Assembly: GCA_963837955.1 (NCBI GenBank)
Contig: CAWIPH010000002.1
Span: forward strand, 768,001 to 832,000
Length of the DNA stretch: 64,000 bases
Direction of reading: 5' to 3'
Origin: an uncultured Verrucomicrobiae bacterium
GTDB lineage: Bacteria; Verrucomicrobiota; Verrucomicrobiia; Chthoniobacterales; JAFAMB01
Shown here: positions 59,059 through 64,000 of the stretch, one piece after another
Layout: every line of letters starts with the position of its first letter
Position numbering within the stretch: the first letter of the stretch is position 1
Program-made: the position numbers and the translations under genes
Notes under the pieces: model-generated
What the model was told of the DNA's origin: nothing
The model's input: only the letters and a program-made list of their open reading frames with translations
Databases searched by the model: none

Positions 59059-61089
59059 ATGAGCCGGCCACTGCGATTGTTGGTTGTTTCGGACTTCGAG
59101 ACAGATGTAATCCTCTGTCGGGAGTTACTCGACGAGTTGGGGATCCGCGTCAACATCGTGCGGGCAGAATCAGTCGCCACCGCGAAGCGAGAGATCTCCG
59201 GCAACCAGGGGGAATCGATCGTAATTTCGGCCGAAATCGAGGATCTGCTCCGGGGCGGACTCTTGGCGGCACTTCGGGCGACTGACGCCGATAGGCCCGT
59301 CGTAGTCTTGTGCGACCAGTTCGATGAGGATCGATTTGTGGAGATTCTGCACGCTGGCGCAACCGATGTGGTGTCTAGAAAGAGCCGTAAGCGATTGCAG
59401 CGGGTTCTTGGGCATGTTTTCTCTGATTCGCCGCGTCCTCAATCGTTCTTTGGCGAAGAGCGTCTAATTCGCCAAAAAGAGGCGCTTCTCTGGCTTCTCT
59501 ATGATTCTGCCGCAGATCCGTTGGCGCTGGTTCGAGTCGACGGCGAGGGTGAGTATAGCTTTGTACTAGCCAATAAAGCGTTCGCAAAAACTTTTGAAAA
59601 TTGGGGTCTTAGTGCCTCCGTCGATCAGATCGTCGGCCGGAAAACCAGAGAGGTGGCTTTGAATGATTGGGAGGTTCCGTGGGATTTGTATTGGAAAATC
59701 CACTCCCAGATTGGGAACGCATGCGCTTTCCGTAAATCGCTGACAGCTGAACACGAGTGGAATTTGCCGGCCGGAGTTCGCTCCGCGCTGGTAACCTTTT
59801 ACCCGATTTTAAACGGTGATGAGCCTTGCAAATTTGTTTTGTTATCGCTGAAGGAAATGGCGGGAGCAGCTTCCGAGTTGAAGGAGAGCGAAGAGGCCAA
59901 TCGATTGCAAGCGCAAAAGCTGGAATCGCTCGGCGCCTTGGCCGGCGGGATTGCGCACGACTTCAACAACATTCTCACCTGCATTCTTGGCTATACAGAA
60001 GTGGCCATCCGGAAGGTAGAAGTTGACCACCCGGTGTACGAAGATCTTCATCAAATCCTCACGGCTGGTTTCCAGGCGCGTGAACTGGTGAATCAAATCC
60101 TGACATTCAGCCGGAAGCAGCCGGCCCAGAAGCGCAAGGTGGATTTGAACGCCTTGGTGGATGATAGTTTGCGTCTACTGCGCAGCAGCGCTCCTTCAAA
60201 CGTTTCGCTCCACACCGTCTTACCGAAGGCCGGATTGGAGCTGTTTGTCGATCCGAATCAACTAATGCAAGTGATCCTGAACCTCTGCACCAATGCCTTT
60301 CACGCGATGTCGGAGAATGGTGGGAAGGTCACCATCACCGCGAAGTCGATCCCGGCCGACAGCCGCCATCCATTGGCTCGGGAGATGCAACCGGGAGAAG
60401 CATACGTAGAATTGGTCGTTGCGGATTCGGGCGTCGGGATGAGCGCGAAAACGATGCGACGCATCTTCGAGCCACTCTTCACCACGAAAAAATCCAGCCA
60501 GGGTACAGGTCTTGGATTATCGATTGTTCACGGAATCGTGCGCAGTCACGGGGGGTTCATCCATGTCGAGAGCAAGCTTGATCAAGGTTCGCAATTTCAC
60601 GTCTATCTGCCGAAGGGTTCAGCCGCAGCAGTTGAACAAGTTTCTCCGGGCATTCAACCCCTGAATAAGCAAGAACCGGATCAACCGCCTGGAAAAGCTA
60701 AACATGTGTTGATTGTCGATGACGATCGAGATGTCGGGCGGCTGGCTGCGCGCATTCTGGAGACGTTTCGATATGAAGTGACCGCTCTGACCGACCCGAA
60801 CGAGGCCGTTAATCTTGTGCGCAAACGTCCGGCGAAATTCGATTTGGTTTTAACCGATCTTTTGATGCCAGAACTTTCTGGCCCCGAACTTGCCCGCGCG
60901 CTCAAGAAAATCAGACCGGATCTTCCCTTGGTCTTGATCTCCGGATTGGTTTCCTCTGTTACCGAGGAGAGTGCTCGCCGCCAAGGTTTCGCTGCGTTGA
61001 TTCGCAAGCCGTTTGAGATCGAACAAATGGCGAAAAGTGTTGCTGGGATCCTCGGGAATACTTCTTCTGTCAATACAAGAGCTGCGTAG
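59059..61089 (+). CDS. Hybrid sensor histidine kinase (degenerate REC-PAS-HisKA-HATPase-REC)
   Basis: AGGIAHDFNNIL, NLCTNA, FTTK..GTGLGL, C-terminal VDDD..TDLLMP..KP. Confidence 0.9.
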   Translation: MSRPLRLLVVSDFETDVILCRELLDELGIRVNIVRAESVATAKREISGNQGESIVISAEIEDLLRGGLLAALRATDADRPVVVLCDQFDEDRFVEILHAGATDVVSRKSRKRLQRVLGHVFSDSPRPQSFFGEERLIRQKEALLWLLYDSAADPLALVRVDGEGEYSFVLANKAFAKTFENWGLSASVDQIVGRKTREVALNDWEVPWDLYWKIHSQIGNACAFRKSLTAEHEWNLPAGVRSALVTFYPILNGDEPCKFVLLSLKEMAGAASELKESEEANRLQAQKLESLGALAGGIAHDFNNILTCILGYTEVAIRKVEVDHPVYEDLHQILTAGFQARELVNQILTFSRKQPAQKRKVDLNALVDDSLRLLRSSAPSNVSLHTVLPKAGLELFVDPNQLMQVILNLCTNAFHAMSENGGKVTITAKSIPADSRHPLAREMQPGEAYVELVVADSGVGMSAKTMRRIFEPLFTTKKSSQGTGLGLSIVHGIVRSHGGFIHVESKLDQGSQFHVYLPKGSAAAVEQVSPGIQPLNKQEPDQPPGKAKHVLIVDDDRDVGRLAARILETFRYEVTALTDPNEAVNLVRKRPAKFDLVLTDLLMPELSGPELARALKKIRPDLPLVLISGLVSSVTEESARRQGFAALIRKPFEIEQMAKSVAGILGNTSSVNTRAA

Positions 61090-61178
61090 GCCTTGGATTC
61101 GATGTAGCTCAAGCGCCGTTGAGTGCCTTCACTCAGCTTTCGGAGTTTCGCTTCACGCGCGCGGATTCCGGGAGGCTT

Positions 61179-61502
61179 CTATCTCCCCAGCCGGTTTTGT
61201 GTTCGGTAATGCATAGCCGCGTTTTTTGCACTTCTGAAGAAGGAGGCGAGAAACGACTTCTCAATATGCGCAAAAGCGGCAGCAAGGCCCTCCTGATCAA
61301 ATATCCTGCCAATCGCGGCCTCGACTTGGGTTGGCTCTCCGAAAGAGGCAAGAAACTGATTAGACACGAACAGCTCGAAAAGTTGCTGGCGATCTGCGTC
61401 GCTCATTTTCTTAGGCGCGTGACGCAGGAGCCAACGCCTGAAGTAAAGCGCCAACACCGCATCTCCGAGCCAAGCTTCATCCCGCAACCGGTCAACGCTC
61501 AT
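61179..61502 (-). CDS. Minimal RNase III-domain (Mini-III-like) protein
   Basis: EAWLGDAVLAL signature, SNQFLA, VEAAIG; no dsRBD; 107 aa. Confidence 0.7.
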   Translation of the reverse strand: MSVDRLRDEAWLGDAVLALYFRRWLLRHAPKKMSDADRQQLFELFVSNQFLASFGEPTQVEAAIGRIFDQEGLAAAFAHIEKSFLASFFRSAKNAAMHYRTQNRLGR

Positions 61503-62188
61503 GGTAGACAGGACCCAGGAAAATTGGCCAGGCAGACATAATCTGATCCTTTCGGTCCGGGTATGCTCCGCATCAGCGAAATTGAATCAATCTGCCAATC
61601 CCAGGTCGGCATCCCGGTTTCCTGGGCGAGCTGGAATAGACGATCACCGAAACGAGCTGGTAGTCGCTGAAAATCCAATCGAGCAATCGTCACATGCGGG
61701 TAAGAGAGATCCTTTTCTTTCCACACGAAATCACGCTCAAACGCCTTGACCAATCGGTCTTGCCAGCTCCGCAACAAGGGATTGGAAGCGAATCCAATCC
61801 AAAGTACTCTCGGACGATGAAATGCCGGAAAACATCCGAACGCTTTCGCGGTGAGGCACGGAAACTCTGAGTGCTCTCGGACCAGCTCTACTAAGCGAGC
61901 CTTGATCAAGTCCACCTGGGTGGGCGGAGTATTTCCGAAAAACAGAACGGTTAGATGAAATTGAAACGACCTTGTCCATCGAATCGGCAAAGCCGGACCA
62001 TAAGTGTCCTCTAGGAGGTGCCGAAGGGCTTTCTGAGCCTGCCTTAAATGAATAATGACATCGGGGCAGGGATTGAACGAAAGGAATAGCCGCAGCAGCG
62101 ACGGTTCATGGGGCCGAATCTCTGCCGAGCGATGAACACCAGCATTCAGATTTTCGTTAAAATCTGCGGGGCAGGATTCTTGAATCAA
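61499..62188 (-). CDS. thpR: RNA 2',3'-cyclic phosphodiesterase (2H family); start uncertain
   Basis: RLFLS, FHLTVLFFG, GCFP...PRVLWIG, YPHVTIAR, LMRS. Confidence 0.85.
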   Translation of the reverse strand: MIQESCPADFNENLNAGVHRSAEIRPHEPSLLRLFLSFNPCPDVIIHLRQAQKALRHLLEDTYGPALPIRWTRSFQFHLTVLFFGNTPPTQVDLIKARLVELVREHSEFPCLTAKAFGCFPAFHRPRVLWIGFASNPLLRSWQDRLVKAFERDFVWKEKDLSYPHVTIARLDFQRLPARFGDRLFQLAQETGMPTWDWQIDSISLMRSIPGPKGSDYVCLANFPGSCLP

Positions 62189-62307
62189 AATTTGTTCCTC
62201 ATTTCGGCTGATTGGGGGTGGCGCCGTTATTGGCCGATTATTAGCGGGAGGAAGAGCACTCGCTGACTTGCTTTTCCAAGGTCTGAAGCTAAAAATGACT
62301 CTTTTCC

Positions 62308-63396
62308 ATGAAAGTAATCGCGCGCTGGTGCCTCATTTTTGCGTCGATAAGCCTGCATCAAGCCGCATCTGCGGATATATCTAGCGCTTCGTGTGAGGCG
62401 GCTCAAAAATATTCTGCCGAGCGCCGCGGTCTCTCGCTCCTAGTTTTACAGGATGATCATATCGTTTATGAGGCCTACTCCAATGGTTTCGGTCCCGATC
62501 AGATCACCTCGATCTATAGCGGCACAAAGGGCTTCTGGTGCGCGGCGGCAGTTGCGGCTGAGCAGGACGACATTTTGGATTTGGATGAGCCGGTGAAAAA
62601 TACCATCACGGAATGGCAGGCCGAGCCGGACAAAGCGAACATACGAGTCCGGGACCTCCTGCATTTCACGGCTGGAATCGAGCCGGTCTTCGCTTTGCAC
62701 GGAAAAACCATTGGCGATCGTAACGCGTACAGCATTCGCCGCCCGGCAGTTCGAAGTCCGGGGATGTCATTCATGTACGGGCCGAGCCAGCTCCAGATCT
62801 TCTCGGAAGTGCTTCGGCGCAAACTATTGTCGCGACATCTAACTCCGCGAGCATACCTGACGCGTCGGATTTTGCGTCCACTGGGTATTGGCGACGTTGA
62901 TTTTCGCGAAGACGGCGCCGGAAATCCACTCCTGGCCTCGGGCTTTAAACTAACGGCCCGCCAATGGCTGGCTCTCGGAATTCTCGTGCTCCATAAAGGC
63001 AAGTATGGGCAGCGGCAGATTGTCTCCAGCGAATTAATTGGCGAATGTTGGCGAGGCTCCCGCGCCAATCCGATGTTCGGCATGGGATTTTGGCTCAACC
63101 GAACCGCCAGCGATCCTTCGGCCCGCGAGGTTGATGTGGAAAAGATGCTGGAGGTTCCGTGGCAACGAGAGGATTGGCAGCATGACTGTCTCTGCAAAGA
63201 CGCTCCGCGCGATATGATTGCCTCTATAGGTTCAGCTTATCAACGAATGTTCATCATTCCATCGATGAACGTGATTATCGTTCGGCAGGGGCGAGATGCG
63301 AGTTTCTCCGATGGGAAATTCTTGAGACTCATCCTGGGCAAAGACCAATTACATAAGGCGTTCGCCCATTCTTCTTCGATCGGACGATCTTCCTGA
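62308..63396 (+). CDS. Serine hydrolase, beta-lactamase/AmpC-like family
   Basis: Signal peptide, YSGTK (SxxK), LLHFTAG, FMYG, LRPLGI. Confidence 0.85.
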   Translation: MKVIARWCLIFASISLHQAASADISSASCEAAQKYSAERRGLSLLVLQDDHIVYEAYSNGFGPDQITSIYSGTKGFWCAAAVAAEQDDILDLDEPVKNTITEWQAEPDKANIRVRDLLHFTAGIEPVFALHGKTIGDRNAYSIRRPAVRSPGMSFMYGPSQLQIFSEVLRRKLLSRHLTPRAYLTRRILRPLGIGDVDFREDGAGNPLLASGFKLTARQWLALGILVLHKGKYGQRQIVSSELIGECWRGSRANPMFGMGFWLNRTASDPSAREVDVEKMLEVPWQREDWQHDCLCKDAPRDMIASIGSAYQRMFIIPSMNVIIVRQGRDASFSDGKFLRLILGKDQLHKAFAHSSSIGRSS

Positions 63397-63413
63397 CAAC
63401 AAAGCATTGGCGT

Positions 63414-64000
63414 CTATTTGCGGACTGCTAGAATCAGCGTCGAACTTCGACGGTTCCACTGATAGCCAAAGCTGAAGGTCAACGTTTTTGGCGAACTTGC
63501 CTGATAATACTGGTGTAAGTCCGGCTGAAAGTAGTTCTTAAAGAGCTCGATCGGGCCCGTGTAGGTTCCGAAAAATCGAAGAGTCCATTTGTCGGGAGTG
63601 AAGTATCGAACCGGGATACCCGAATCATCCTCGAGAACTAGCCCGCTGCTATTCAGGATGGAAGTGCGCACGGTGTTGAAATGATTTTCGTGCATTAAAT
63701 AGGATGCCGCTTTCAGAAAGCTATTGGCTGGCGCAAACTGTTCGCAGAAACGCAAAACACCGGCATTTTTCTTGGCACCGTCGTCGGAGAGATCGGCCGT
63801 AAAGAAGTAGAGAGTCTTTTGAGTGCCGGTGGCTGGATCGGAAAAGCTAATCTTTACACCGTGGGTTGGGCCTCCATTTCCGCTGACCACTGTTCCGTTT
63901 TGCTCCAAGGAAACGTACTCGACCGCCGAAATATCCTTTCCGGTGCGAGCGAGGAAAACGAAGATAATCGGTAGAACACCCTTGAGTTGCCCTCGCTCAA
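63414..64000 (-). CDS. Hypothetical protein, 3' part (extends beyond the window)
   Basis: Frame is open to the window end; contains LYFFTADLSD, FLKAASYLMH and EDDSGIP, which look like conserved motifs. Confidence 0.7.
   Translation of the reverse strand, partial: ERGQLKGVLPIIFVFLARTGKDISAVEYVSLEQNGTVVSGNGGPTHGVKISFSDPATGTQKTLYFFTADLSDDGAKKNAGVLRFCEQFAPANSFLKAASYLMHENHFNTVRTSILNSSGLVLEDDSGIPVRYFTPDKWTLRFFGTYTGPIELFKNYFQPDLHQYYQASSPKTLTFSFGYQWNRRSSTLILAVRK

Noticed and set aside
1..64000. CRISPR arrays, tRNA/rRNA genes, prophage or known defence systems
   Set aside because: No regularly spaced direct repeats, tRNA-like cloverleaves with T-loop consensus, rRNA-like sequence or phage/defence genes were recognised by eye. 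A covariance-model scan would be needed to exclude small RNAs.

Overview
This is a bacterial chromosomal window. The gene content, A/C-rich untranslated leaders and types of intergenic palindrome suggest a soil Verrucomicrobiota (Chthoniobacterales-like) genome; that assignment is inference. From left to right it carries: the 5' part of an ABC-F ATPase gene, then a chimeric ORF ending in a MerA C-terminus. Next comes a secreted FGE/SUMF1-domain protein divergent from a ribose-type ABC operon plus LacI, joined by a perfect 29-bp mirrored operator. This is followed by a beta-propeller/phosphoesterase gene, a GC-rich cassette (beta-propeller, HTH, GFA, two DUF899, DUF2182), a LacI/sugar-ABC/ADP-ribosylglycohydrolase operon and an epoxide hydrolase. 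A ~3-kb IS481-family element appears to carry ArsR-SRPBCC cargo and a strand-specific Y-shaped structured element, and a second highly structured non-coding segment lies beside it. The right half holds stress and metabolic genes (ferritin, cfa, aidB, adh, pepF, hpnO-like, tal, fba), two sigma-54 two-component systems, a PP2C-kinase fusion, a small secreted Cys/His-rich peptide, a degenerate LarC-like protein and a ThpR/Mini-III-like pair. Several distinct REP/MITE-like palindromes occur between genes. No rRNA, tRNA or CRISPR array was seen. All protein calls come from motif recognition by eye; no database search was run.
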